Positions 54,337 through 64,000 of a stretch of DNA of 64,000 nucleotides are shown here, piece after piece. The position numbers and the translations under genes were made by a program. The stretch's first letter is position 1. Each line of letters begins with the position of its first letter. The notes beneath the pieces are model-generated. The model made no database searches. It was not told the origin of the DNA and saw only the letters and a list, made by a program, of their open reading frames with translations. The DNA is taken from positions 6,165-70,164 of the IMG/VR virus record IMGVR_UViG_3300049027_000085; one strand, 5' to 3'. The stretch comes from a virus.

Positions 54337-55779
54337 ATGTCAACAGGACTAGACACTGCCTTAGAAGGAATAGACATTCCTCAGGCCACAGGTGAGGGGA
54401 GCCAACCCGGCGCTCCCGGTTCCGCCGCCCCAGAAATCGTCCCGCCAGCCGACGGCGACGGTGAAGGAACAAATGCCGGAGAAACGCCAAAAGATGACAT
54501 CGGCGAGGGTCAAGAGGGTACCGAAGAGAAGACACAGGAGCAGATCTTAGAGGAGCTGAGGCAGGCCGCAGAGCCGCAGCCCACAGACACCTCAACGATC
54601 AAGCAGCTCAGGGAGTTGCTGAAGACCCGTGTCGACAAGCTGGTGCCGCAGGACCCGGGCCAGGGCGAAGCCGCTCTGTCCGACAGTGACCGTGAACGCC
54701 TTGACATGGTTCAAGGCCTGTTCGACTACGACATCGAGAACGACCGGCCCACCACGAGGCCGTTCGTCGAGAAGCTAGCCGCGAAGGACCACACCCTGGT
54801 GGGGCAGCTGCTGCTGGACTCGATAAACGTACCTGTACCCAATACGGAAATTAGAGGGTGGACGTACGGGCACGAGCTGCTGCAGCAGATGGGGCTCGAC
54901 CCCATGAAGTTCCCTGACCTGGTGAGGTTCAGCCGAGGGGAGATCAGCGGGGAGGCGTTCGGCATCGAGCAGATGCCTGAGTACGTCCCGGCAGAGTACC
55001 ACGAGGCCTACAAGCAACTCAACCCGGTGACCAGGAGCGACGTTGACATCTACCTGCGGGGTGATGACCCCGCTCAAAAGGCTGCAGCGATGCAGACCTT
55101 GCAGGACAAGTACAACGTCATTCAGCGCACACAGGAAGAGGCACAGCGGCAGCAGCGCGAGACGGAGACGTTCAACCAGACCATCGGTCGAGAGGTAGAA
55201 ACGCAGGTCGAACAGACCTACGTGAACTTGCTCGAGACCGTGGCGCAGAACAAAGCTTTCACTGAGGTGAAGGTGCACGGTGACGCGAACGTTGACGGGT
55301 TCGTCAAGCAGACGATCATCAACCAGATAGTCGCTTTGGGCGACGACAACGCGATCTTAGCTAAGCGCGCGGTGGAGAGCTTCAAGCAGATGGGGGTGGA
55401 CGTCGATCACCAGAAGGTGAACGGTATTCTCGATTCGATCAAGAAGAACACGGAGATCGCTGTACGGGCGGAGAGACAAGCCAAGGCTAGAGGACAGCAG
55501 ACATCGGCGCAGGCCGAAGAGGCGAAAGCAAGGGTCTCGTCAGCTGTAGGTCAGGCGGTCAGCCTCGCCAACCGGATCGCAGGGGAAGCGCTCAAGAAGT
55601 ACTCCCCGCCGTCGGTGGTGAAGGACACGCCCAAGGACAGGCAGGAGCCGAACTTCAAACGCGGCGACGGCGGTTCGAGGGCGCGGGACGAGGGTACGGG
55701 CAACGGCGCCCTCAAACCTCAGGACCTGGACGCTCTGATCAACAACACAGTGGCGACCCTGCGCGAGACGGCTCAATAA
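54337..55779 (+). CDS. Scaffolding protein
   Basis: Acidic disordered N-terminus and coiled coils, immediately before the capsid gene. Confidence 0.6.
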   Translation: MSTGLDTALEGIDIPQATGEGSQPGAPGSAAPEIVPPADGDGEGTNAGETPKDDIGEGQEGTEEKTQEQILEELRQAAEPQPTDTSTIKQLRELLKTRVDKLVPQDPGQGEAALSDSDRERLDMVQGLFDYDIENDRPTTRPFVEKLAAKDHTLVGQLLLDSINVPVPNTEIRGWTYGHELLQQMGLDPMKFPDLVRFSRGEISGEAFGIEQMPEYVPAEYHEAYKQLNPVTRSDVDIYLRGDDPAQKAAAMQTLQDKYNVIQRTQEEAQRQQRETETFNQTIGREVETQVEQTYVNLLETVAQNKAFTEVKVHGDANVDGFVKQTIINQIVALGDDNAILAKRAVESFKQMGVDVDHQKVNGILDSIKKNTEIAVRAERQAKARGQQTSAQAEEAKARVSSAVGQAVSLANRIAGEALKKYSPPSVVKDTPKDRQEPNFKRGDGGSRARDEGTGNGALKPQDLDALINNTVATLRETAQ

Positions 55780-55803
55780 TATTTACGCAGGAGGGCCGAC
55801 ACC

Positions 55804-57102
55804 ATGGCCGCAGTTACTAGCTTTGAACAGATCGTGCACGTCGGACGCGAAACCGTCCGGACGAGCTTTGAGTACATCGGGGAGAATGAGACCCCGTGGC
55901 TCAACTACCTGATGCGCAAGCGCAAGTCGCTTCTGACCGAGTTCGGGCGGCGTATCCCGATCATGACCCGCCGTCCGGGCGGGCACACGTCGTTCGACCG
56001 CTCGAACGTCGACTTCCGTGAGCCGGTCGCGATGGAGACCGACTCGATGCGCGCTTACCCCGTGTGGTACGCGCTGCCGTTCAAGATCGACGGCTCCACG
56101 TTCCGTGGGCTGAAGAGGGGCGACGCTGACCTCTTCATGGATTACAAGCGCTACATGGCTGCCATCACGGAAGCCGCGATGAAGCGTTTGAACTACTACT
56201 TCCACGGCGACGGCACCGCGGCCCTCGCGGTCACCACCACGGTAATCGCGGGCGCGGGCGCCGGCCAGACGATGAACTTCCAGACCTTGGCCTCCTCGGC
56301 AGCGGGTGAGGGCGAGACGAAGGGAGCGACCCGTTTGGAAGTGGGGCACACGTATTGCGTGATGAACCCGTCGACGAACGCGATCAAGCTGATCTTCACG
56401 GTCACCTCGATCACCTCGAAGACGGCCATCGTCGCGAACGTGACCACGTTCAACGCGGCTTCGGCCTCCGGAGACCCGGTCGTGGACGCAGGTCCGACAA
56501 CGACCACGAGCGCTTATAAAAAGGCGCCGAACGGGATCCGCGGCCTGGCGGCACAGACCGGCCCCTTGCAGAACATCGCGCGTACGGATTACCTCGAGCT
56601 CCGCACGCCGCGCTACAACGGGGGCGACAACCCGATCACCCCGTTCGCGTTCCGCTACGCCAAGGACCTCGTCCGCATCGCCAGCAACGAGGACCGCAAG
56701 TCGAGCCGCATCATCGTCATGACGCCCGGTCAGATGGGCGCGCTCGTCAACCAGCAGTTCGGCTACCGCCGTTACGAGGGTAACGAGGACGTCCGCGGCG
56801 TCGCGGGCAAGTACATCGATGAGGATGGGGACACCTACATCATCGACGCCGACGCAGCTGAGGACCGGATCTACATCCTCGACGGGGACAGCTACGCCCT
56901 CGGTGAGGAGAAGAAGTTCGGCGCCTACGATGAAGACGGGAACGACATCCGCATGCTGGTCGGTGCGAACGTCTCCGGTTCTGACCGGTTCGCCGGTTCG
57001 ATCGGTTGGGGCGGAAACCTCGTCAAAGAGGGCCTGCCGCGCGCTGACGCGTACATCGACCGTCTCAGCCAGACGGACGTCGCCCAGCAGATCAGCCTCT
57101 AA
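55804..57102 (+). CDS. Major capsid protein
   Basis: Strong AGGAGG RBS and strong codon bias. YFHGDG, NGIRGL, IIVMTP..L fit HK97-fold patterns. A terminator follows. Confidence 0.8.
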   Translation: MAAVTSFEQIVHVGRETVRTSFEYIGENETPWLNYLMRKRKSLLTEFGRRIPIMTRRPGGHTSFDRSNVDFREPVAMETDSMRAYPVWYALPFKIDGSTFRGLKRGDADLFMDYKRYMAAITEAAMKRLNYYFHGDGTAALAVTTTVIAGAGAGQTMNFQTLASSAAGEGETKGATRLEVGHTYCVMNPSTNAIKLIFTVTSITSKTAIVANVTTFNAASASGDPVVDAGPTTTTSAYKKAPNGIRGLAAQTGPLQNIARTDYLELRTPRYNGGDNPITPFAFRYAKDLVRIASNEDRKSSRIIVMTPGQMGALVNQQFGYRRYEGNEDVRGVAGKYIDEDGDTYIIDADAAEDRIYILDGDSYALGEEKKFGAYDEDGNDIRMLVGANVSGSDRFAGSIGWGGNLVKEGLPRADAYIDRLSQTDVAQQISL

Positions 57103-57120
57103 CGTGAGGTTGTGAAAGGT

Positions 57121-57154
57121 GTGTGAGAGCTTTGTGAGAGGCTCTCACACTTTT
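57121..57154 (+). terminator. Intrinsic terminator after the capsid gene
   Basis: GTGTGAGAGC/GCTCTCACAC stem followed by TTTT. Confidence 0.75.
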
Positions 57155-57187
57155 CCAGAAACACCAGACAGAGGGGAGAGAACGACG

Positions 57188-57565
57188 ATGCCTAATCAAA
57201 ACGCAACGGTGGGTGACATCGGCACCAGCACCGGGCAGCCGTTCAAAAAGCTGCGTCTGGAACTCGCACAGGCCGGTACCGCCGCGCCGACTTTGACACG
57301 CGAGTTCCAGAACACTCTGAATTTCAACAAGGTCACGCCTACACTGGCGCGTAGCGGCGTTGGAGTTTACACGATCACGATGGCAGGGGCTTTCGAGGGG
57401 AACGTCATCCCCAAGGCGTACCTTGCCGGGAACGCGACGGGCGTCACGGCCCGTCTTGAAAAGACCAGCAACAACGTCCTCACGCTGAGGACCTTCTCAG
57501 CCGCAGGTGCAGCCGCCGACTTCGTCGGTACGTGCTGGATCGAGGTAGAGGTCTGGCCTGCATAA
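57188..57565 (+). CDS. Probable head decoration/cement protein
   Basis: Small T/A/G-rich beta protein directly after the capsid gene. Confidence 0.5.
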   Translation: MPNQNATVGDIGTSTGQPFKKLRLELAQAGTAAPTLTREFQNTLNFNKVTPTLARSGVGVYTITMAGAFEGNVIPKAYLAGNATGVTARLEKTSNNVLTLRTFSAAGAAADFVGTCWIEVEVWPA

Positions 57566-57566
57566 C

Positions 57567-58256
57567 ATGAGCATAGTCCTGGCAAAGTCCGTTTTGAAGG
57601 ACGACTGGCGCAAGTGGGCGGCCGAGTACTGTCCCGCACCCCGTGACGGGTTCGACCGAGACGGGTACCAGAAACGTCTCGACGAGATCACCGGCCTCAG
57701 CAGGGGCCGGTCGATCTTGCGTTTAGAGTGGGGCGGCGAGGAACAGGTGTCGAAGTACGGCGCGATGGAGCTGGGGAACCCCAACCCGTCACAGCTGATC
57801 TTCGAGCCCAAGTACAAGCTGCGCCGAAAGTACATGGGCGCGACCGTGATGGTCCCGTTCAGGCGGTGGGTGATCGCCCAACTTGCCGAGTGGGAGGAGT
57901 ACGGCTACGGCGACGACACCCAGACCACGTTCACTGATGAAAACGGGGTCCTGAGACGCGCCGCGGACAAGCCGCGTGACCTCTACACCCCGCTGATATA
58001 CGTCGGCGATCACAGGTCATGCAAGCCGGACTGCTGCGCCGACAAGCTGTGCCCTGGGGACTACAAGCACCCTGACGCGGCTGAGCTCTTCTGGGTACTC
58101 GAGTCGACCTACAAGCTCAAGACCGAGAGGATCAAGGACCCACGGCAGAAAGACTTCAACCCTCAGCAGATGCAGATCATACGTGCTGAGTACGCTGAGC
58201 AACAACAGAAGAAAAAGGAGGAGTTCGACAAGAGATTGGAGACCATCGAGCTTTAA
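57567..58256 (+). CDS. Hypothetical protein with Cys cluster
   Basis: In the structural operon. Contains H.SCKPDCC...C.G.Y..P. Confidence 0.6.
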   Translation: MSIVLAKSVLKDDWRKWAAEYCPAPRDGFDRDGYQKRLDEITGLSRGRSILRLEWGGEEQVSKYGAMELGNPNPSQLIFEPKYKLRRKYMGATVMVPFRRWVIAQLAEWEEYGYGDDTQTTFTDENGVLRRAADKPRDLYTPLIYVGDHRSCKPDCCADKLCPGDYKHPDAAELFWVLESTYKLKTERIKDPRQKDFNPQQMQIIRAEYAEQQQKKKEEFDKRLETIEL

Positions 58257-58261
58257 GCTAT

Positions 58262-59494
58262 ATGACACAGGTAGCGGCCCCAGCGGCCATAAATTACAAC
58301 GATCAAGTCGTCGGCCTGGCGAACCGAAACGACGTCAACAAGGAGCGTACGCGGTACGTCTTCTGCATAGGCGACCACATCGCTGATGTGGACAAGCTGA
58401 ACTTCGAGAGCTTGGGCGCACGGTTCGGCGGGCTGTGGGTCGGGCACTCAGAGACAGAGGGCGCCCCGACCATGAAGCGCACCAACTTCATGATGTACCG
58501 CGGCGGGATCACCCCCCTTGAGTCGACGGCGATACCGAAGAAAGCCGACCACCGGGCAACCGACCGTGCGGGTGAGAACTTCCTCCAGGGCGAGGGTGTT
58601 CCCCCCAACGTGCGCGGCTACATGGTGTACGCCGGCGACACGCTCAACTACCTCCAGAGCGACAAGTTCCGCCCGATGGGGGTGGTCGAGCTCCAGGCGC
58701 TGAGGTTCAGGCCCTGGACCGAGTCCAACGCGCGCCAGCTGCAGCTCATGCTGTTCCCACGCTGGAACGACTGGCTGCAGGGCATCAAGGCGCCTGTCCT
58801 GCTCGAGGACTGGATGGCTGAGGTCAGCCGGGCGTTCAACCAGTACCCTGACCTCAGGGTGTTCGAGAACGACATCTTCGAGTCTCACCGCCTGTTCCGC
58901 AGTTACGCACTCAGCCACATCGAACGGAACCGCCAGCAGATCCTATCTAAGCGCGCTGTCGACAACGGCGGCATGTTCGTCAGCTGGTCAGGAACGTCGC
59001 GCCTGTACGCCAAACAGCTCGGTGTCACGTTAGAGAACGAAGCTGAACTGAGGCCTGCTGGAGCCGGTGCTTCGACCGGTGACTCGGCATTGATCAGGGA
59101 AATGCAGGAAGAGCGCAAGCTGCGCACCGAAGAGGCGCGTCAGAACCGTGAGCTGATCCAGATGCTCGCGTCGATGCTTCAGGAACGCGGCGGGGCACCG
59201 ATACCGTTCGCGACCACTGAGGAGACCGCCCCGCCCCTCACCCAAGAGATCGAGGTCGAGGTGGTAGAGGAGAACCCGGCGGCGAACGTCAGCTTCGGGA
59301 CCGAGCCCGGAGAGGTCGGCCTCACGGACCCCCAGCCGCAGGTCATCGACCCGGAAAAGAGCCCTGAACGCAAGGAGCTCGACGCCAAACTCGAAGACCC
59401 AAATTTCGCCCGGGCCGTGGAGGAAGACGAGGGGCTTCGCGGCGCGATAAAAAATAACCCCAACCTCGTGGGGGCGATCGAAGAGGAGGACTAA
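58262..59494 (+). CDS. Hypothetical structural-region protein
   Basis: 410-aa ORF with an acidic C-terminus. Confidence 0.6.
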   Translation: MTQVAAPAAINYNDQVVGLANRNDVNKERTRYVFCIGDHIADVDKLNFESLGARFGGLWVGHSETEGAPTMKRTNFMMYRGGITPLESTAIPKKADHRATDRAGENFLQGEGVPPNVRGYMVYAGDTLNYLQSDKFRPMGVVELQALRFRPWTESNARQLQLMLFPRWNDWLQGIKAPVLLEDWMAEVSRAFNQYPDLRVFENDIFESHRLFRSYALSHIERNRQQILSKRAVDNGGMFVSWSGTSRLYAKQLGVTLENEAELRPAGAGASTGDSALIREMQEERKLRTEEARQNRELIQMLASMLQERGGAPIPFATTEETAPPLTQEIEVEVVEENPAANVSFGTEPGEVGLTDPQPQVIDPEKSPERKELDAKLEDPNFARAVEEDEGLRGAIKNNPNLVGAIEEED

Positions 59495-60322
59495 GTGGCC
59501 ACAACGCTGCTGAGAGAGGTGACCGCCGTGCGCCAGTTCTTGGGTGACCCCCTTGAACAGGCGCCGTCGGTCCGTCAGATCGTCAAGGAACTGGAGGCCG
59601 AGTACCACCAGTTGGGGATCGAGTCATCTAACCGCGGCCTCACCCAACACATCGGTGAGGTCGTCATTACGACCAACCAGCACCAGCGACGGTATGAACT
59701 CGGGATAGAGGCGGACCAGTTCTACAAGGCACTAGGCATCACCACCATCCCAGCCAACGCGACCGTTACCGGTGACGCGACCAGCAAGCGCGTGACGATC
59801 GAGACCGGTGACGACCGTGAGTCCAGCTTAGAGTTCACCGAGCTCAACAGGTTCGGTGACTCCTGGCCCCACCTCGCCGCCAATCGCGGCCAGCTGTTCG
59901 GGTCGAGCCATGACTCACAGGCCGTCGCCGTTTACAAGACGATAAAACCTGGGACCGGGGAAGCCATAGTCATGGAGTTCCGGCCCACCCCCAACTCCGA
60001 ACAGCGCTACCTCTTGATGTATCAGATCACCGACTGGTGGGACACCATGCTGTCGTCCACGGACGGCGCGGACGACCCGCTGTTCAAGCTCCCCCACCCC
60101 AGCCAGAGGATGATGATCCGTGCCAGGGTGGGCCTCAACCTGATCCAGAAGGGCATCGTCAAGTGGGCGCTCAACGACGACTACAACATGCGGCGCGGTG
60201 AGGTCGTGCTGAACGGCCTTAAGGAACGTGCCGAGAGGTACAAGAAGACCTACGAGGACTACCTTGACACTCTGGAACACGGCGACATCGTTTACGTCGA
60301 CCTGTTCAGTGACCGGCTATGA
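59495..60322 (+). CDS. Probable head-tail adaptor
   Basis: Contains FRPTPN...Y.L.Y. Position in the operon fits. Confidence 0.5.
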   Translation: MATTLLREVTAVRQFLGDPLEQAPSVRQIVKELEAEYHQLGIESSNRGLTQHIGEVVITTNQHQRRYELGIEADQFYKALGITTIPANATVTGDATSKRVTIETGDDRESSLEFTELNRFGDSWPHLAANRGQLFGSSHDSQAVAVYKTIKPGTGEAIVMEFRPTPNSEQRYLLMYQITDWWDTMLSSTDGADDPLFKLPHPSQRMMIRARVGLNLIQKGIVKWALNDDYNMRRGEVVLNGLKERAERYKKTYEDYLDTLEHGDIVYVDLFSDRL

Positions 60323-60924
60323 CTCTGGAAGAACTTATCGCGAGGGTGAAGGTAGTGGCGCTCGAGACCGCCACCCGTGACATCCGACCGCTGCTGCTCA
60401 ACACGGACGTGCTGATCGAGGTGCTGCTCCCGCGGTGCCTGGAGTTCGTCGTCGAGAGGGTGATGAAGACGCCTGACGGGCTGCAAAGCTTACGGGGCGA
60501 GGTCACTGTCGCCTTCACCAGCGGTGTCGGCACGTTGCCGTCCACGCTTAAGGCGGACTACGTCGACATGATCGTCTTCAAGGATGACCCGTCGACCAGC
60601 CACGTCCCCAGCTGGCACGAGTTCGACATGGACCCTGACGGTGACGAAGACCCGGTCGACTACTCACGTTTCCACATCACGAACGGGCAGATCCACTACC
60701 ACCGACGTGACTACCTCAAGAACTCGTTCACCGGAAACCAGGTCGTCATGGGCATACTGACGCCGGTTCTGCCGACACTCGTGGGCGACACGGTCACGTT
60801 GAACGAGTCGATCATTCAAAAACTGATAACCACGACCGCCGCTGTGGTCAATGGACAGATCCCGCTGTCCCAGTTGGGCCTTAACTACGGCAGCCTCGAG
60901 CGGGTGAACAAACAGGCGATCTAA
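60319..60924 (+). CDS. Probable head-tail adaptor/tail tubular protein A-like
   Basis: MTLEELIARV N-terminus. ATGA coupling. Confidence 0.5.
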   Translation: MTLEELIARVKVVALETATRDIRPLLLNTDVLIEVLLPRCLEFVVERVMKTPDGLQSLRGEVTVAFTSGVGTLPSTLKADYVDMIVFKDDPSTSHVPSWHEFDMDPDGDEDPVDYSRFHITNGQIHYHRRDYLKNSFTGNQVVMGILTPVLPTLVGDTVTLNESIIQKLITTTAAVVNGQIPLSQLGLNYGSLERVNKQAI

Positions 60925-60925
60925 G

Positions 60926-63085
60926 ATGCGCAAGCAGAACAAGACCTACAGGCCGGGCCCGTTCGCGCCCAACACCAGCTTCACCGGGGCGGAGCAGCCG
61001 ATGCTCGTCCACGGCGAGAACATGTGGGTCAGGTTCGGCAAGTTCGGCACGGTCTACGCTGAGGGTTACACCGGCCACCGCGACCTGGCCGAACCCGTCG
61101 ACGGGGAGCAGATCATCGGCCAGTTGAACTCAACGGCCGGCAGCAAGGTGATCGAGGGCACGGGCGGCGGCGGGACGACGTTCCGTGAGCAGATCCACAT
61201 CGGACAGTTCATATTCGTTGACGTCGGCGCCGGGCTCGGCGAGCTCCTGGTGGTGGAGGAGGTGGTCGACGACAGCACCTTCATAGCACACAAAGAGGTG
61301 ACCTCGACATGGAGCAACAAGGACGCCTGGGTGATGCCTGTCGTCTACGCCGTCGGGACCAAGAGGGGCACGTCGGTCTCGGGCAACGTTATCCAGTTCC
61401 TGCAGGGCCACTTCCTCGGCGTCGGCCGGGGCGAGTTCAAGCTTAACGGCCAGTCGCTCAACGCGCCGATGACGTTGTCACGCGTGCCTCGGCTCGCGAT
61501 CTACAACCCGACCACTGGGCTGTACACACAAGAGACGGTCGGAATATCGCTTCCTGGTGCGGCCCCCCACATAGCCGTGGCCGCGCACACGCCGGGGACC
61601 GCCACACAGATGCGGGCAGGGAGTCACAGCATCCGCGTGATGGCGAAGAACAGCACCACCAAAGGCTACTCCAACCCCTCAGACGCGATAGCCCCCGTCA
61701 CGATCGCGGCCGGGGACCAGATCCAGGTGACGTTCAACAACGCGATGGCGTCCGACCAAGACTCGTGGGACATCTACGCGAGCGAGTCGAACGACAACGC
61801 GACGACCAACATCGACCACCGCTACCAGGGACCCTGGTACTACGTCAAGACGGTCAAGGCGTCTGAGCTGATCGACGGCAGCCACGCCACCGGCCGCGAG
61901 GCAGGGACAGTTCACCGGTTCAACTTCCAGGACGCCGAGATCGTCGCGACCGGGCGGCTACTGAGCTTCAACAACTTCCCGCCCGACGACGCGCTGTATG
62001 TCGACTCGGTGAACGGGATACCGATTTACTTCTCATGCTTCGGCAAGGGCGACCCGACACGTACTGACGGTACCTGCCCGGGGCCCGCCGCGGTGCCGTC
62101 CAAGCCCAGCAACCCTGAAGGGGCGTTCCTCGACAAGGCGCTCAGCATGGCGGGCAACGACTACATCATCGGCGAGATGCAGTTCAGAAGCCGAATATTC
62201 TGTCTCGGCCAGATGACCCTCCAGGTGATCGTGCTGACCACCATCGACGAGGAGCCGATAGCGTTCAGGAGCCTCTGGAACGTGGGATTCAGGAACCCTT
62301 ACGCAGCTGACGGGTACAAGGAGTACATCTACGGCTTCAGCACGGCGGGAATGGTCCGCTCGGTGGCCGGCGGCGACGACTCGGACGTCGAGTTCAAGTT
62401 CGACGCTGACGTGAAGAACTACGTCGCTGACTGGAACTGCGCGCAGGTGCTGGTCCGCTACGACCCGAAGAACAAGGCGATGGTGTACTTCTTCAGCGGG
62501 GCTGAGAGGAGGAACGGTCACCTGGTGACCATCGCACTCCCGTTCCTGGTGGACGAGGGCGTGTTCAACATGCCGATCGTGCTGTCTGCGCCGGACCGTG
62601 ACTTCGTGGTCTCCGGCGTGGCGACCGTGGGGCAAGAGCTGGTGTTCATCGCAGGGGGCAGGACGGACGCCGGCGCAGTCGAGTTCAACACCTACGTTTT
62701 CGACGGCGGGAACACGGAGACCAAAGAGTGGTTCATGTGCTTCAACTACGCCGACGACACCCTGGACACCAACACCAAACGGGTGCACGGAGCGGCCATG
62801 ACGGCCCGCCTCGAGAACGGTGCGGAGGTGAAGGTGTACGGCGTGCCGGAGAACGGCGAGTTCAAGCTCACTGACCTCAAGGCCGGCACGAACGAGGACA
62901 GCTCCATACCGTTCACCGCGACGACCGGGTACCTTCAAAGGAAGGAACTGACCGCGTCTGAATCTGAGCCCTTCGCCCTTTACGCGGTGAGGATCGAAGG
63001 AAGCACGAACAACGACACCCGAGACACCGTCGACAGGTTCGACGAGTTGATGATACAGGTGGACTCTAATTCAGCCGATGGCTAG
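60926..63085 (+). CDS. Probable tail nozzle/stabilisation protein (beta-propeller-like)
   Basis: 719-aa beta-rich protein following the adaptors. Confidence 0.55.
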   Translation: MRKQNKTYRPGPFAPNTSFTGAEQPMLVHGENMWVRFGKFGTVYAEGYTGHRDLAEPVDGEQIIGQLNSTAGSKVIEGTGGGGTTFREQIHIGQFIFVDVGAGLGELLVVEEVVDDSTFIAHKEVTSTWSNKDAWVMPVVYAVGTKRGTSVSGNVIQFLQGHFLGVGRGEFKLNGQSLNAPMTLSRVPRLAIYNPTTGLYTQETVGISLPGAAPHIAVAAHTPGTATQMRAGSHSIRVMAKNSTTKGYSNPSDAIAPVTIAAGDQIQVTFNNAMASDQDSWDIYASESNDNATTNIDHRYQGPWYYVKTVKASELIDGSHATGREAGTVHRFNFQDAEIVATGRLLSFNNFPPDDALYVDSVNGIPIYFSCFGKGDPTRTDGTCPGPAAVPSKPSNPEGAFLDKALSMAGNDYIIGEMQFRSRIFCLGQMTLQVIVLTTIDEEPIAFRSLWNVGFRNPYAADGYKEYIYGFSTAGMVRSVAGGDDSDVEFKFDADVKNYVADWNCAQVLVRYDPKNKAMVYFFSGAERRNGHLVTIALPFLVDEGVFNMPIVLSAPDRDFVVSGVATVGQELVFIAGGRTDAGAVEFNTYVFDGGNTETKEWFMCFNYADDTLDTNTKRVHGAAMTARLENGAEVKVYGVPENGEFKLTDLKAGTNEDSSIPFTATTGYLQRKELTASESEPFALYAVRIEGSTNNDTRDTVDRFDELMIQVDSNSADG

Positions 63086-63806
63086 GAACTACCTCAGAAA
63101 CAGTGACGACCCGATGTCGGATCCAGAGGCGATCGCGGCACGGTATCAGTTGGGCCGTAACGCGTTCTTTGAGGTCGCCCTGACACTGGCCGAACAGCGC
63201 GACAACGAGCGGGCTAACGGCGCGTCGAGCGGCTCAGCCGCCTCAGCGGGCTCGATCGCCTTGGTCAGCTCCGGCGGTTACGGAGGTTACGGCGGCGGGG
63301 GCTTCTGTCCACGTGAGGACATGTACGTTTGGGTCTGTAACGCGGACGCCGCCGACATACGGCCGGTGCGTGTGCATTACCTGGCTGACAACTGTGGGCG
63401 AAAACAGTTCCACCTCTACAACCCGATCACCAAGAATGCCAACAAACTCGTCAGCGCAGTTTACCGGCATGAGGTGCCGACGATCAGTTTCGACACCGAG
63501 CGCGGTGCGGCAGGCGTGGTCGGGGAGACACACAAGGTCATACGGAACCCGAGCGACCTCGACGGCCACCGGCTGAAGGGGTACCTGGGTGAGGTGCTCA
63601 GCTGTTTCAAGGAGAAGCAGGGCGAAAGAACCGTCGAACGGCTTTACCTCGACCAACTGCTGGAGGTGCGTGAAAAGGACCCTGCGACGGTGGTGGAGAT
63701 CAGCCTGGAGAAAGAGTTCATCTACTGGATGGGCGAGGACCGGGGGTGCGGCACCTTGGCGCACAACCGCAAGGCCGACCCGGGCGACGAGATCTTCTTT
63801 AGTTGA
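63078..63806 (+). CDS. Tail-region protein with C-terminal Hint (intein-like) domain
   Basis: Gly linker, then CPREDMYV (C1), GETHKV (block B), VEISLEKEFIY...LAHN|R (blocks F/G). Hint spans 63306-63767. Confidence 0.75.
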   Translation: MARNYLRNSDDPMSDPEAIAARYQLGRNAFFEVALTLAEQRDNERANGASSGSAASAGSIALVSSGGYGGYGGGGFCPREDMYVWVCNADAADIRPVRVHYLADNCGRKQFHLYNPITKNANKLVSAVYRHEVPTISFDTERGAAGVVGETHKVIRNPSDLDGHRLKGYLGEVLSCFKEKQGERTVERLYLDQLLEVREKDPATVVEISLEKEFIYWMGEDRGCGTLAHNRKADPGDEIFFS

Positions 63807-63809
63807 ATT

Positions 63810-64000
63810 ATGAGCTGGCACATGAAAGTGGTTAATGACGACCCAGTGGTCTTCAAAGAGGCGTTCCGCTGGTACCGTGAGGTGCCTGGCTTCTTGCGCC
63901 ACCTGCAGGACATCCGTGGCCGTCACGACGACGAAGAGGAGTTCGCCGAGAGCATGCGGTCCGGGTTAAACTACCTTGCAAGCCTCAACGGGGTGCCCAA
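63810..64000 (+). CDS. Hypothetical protein, 3'-truncated
   Basis: Open frame from ATG 63810 to the window end. Confidence 0.5.
   Translation, partial: MSWHMKVVNDDPVVFKEAFRWYREVPGFLRHLQDIRGRHDDEEEFAESMRSGLNYLASLNGVP

Overview
This window is most of a GC-rich (about 60% by eye) tailed-phage genome with podovirus-like organisation, opened inside the ejection-protein genes. From left to right it has five blocks. (1) A partial ejection-type protein and a 4764-aa giant virion-type polyvalent protein with M15 peptidase, GGDEF, zincin HExxH, WCT and HTH modules. (2) A leftward operon with a RyR-domain protein, an Acb2/Tad1-like sponge candidate and a T4 gp42-like cytosine-modification cluster, plus an atypical 118-nt tRNA-like gene. 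(3) Replication genes: primase-helicase, a lambda-O-like initiator with internal iterons, an SSB-like protein and a family A polymerase. (4) An accessory region with an internally permuted AAA+ ATPase, a second AAA+ ATPase, and DUF1257/DUF2997/DUF3150-like and BRCT genes, served by copies of a sigma70-type promoter found seven times in 20-39 kb. (5) The terminase to portal, capsid and tail block, ending in a Hint-domain protein. The strongest novelty candidates are a shared C-terminal RRVR[V/T] tail on 5-7 unrelated proteins around the permuted AAA system, a probable virion-delivered diguanylate cyclase, and the tRNA-Trp-like RNA with an ACA anticodon and an expanded D-arm. No integrase, CRISPR array or reverse transcriptase was seen. 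All family assignments come from motif recognition by eye, not from database searches.
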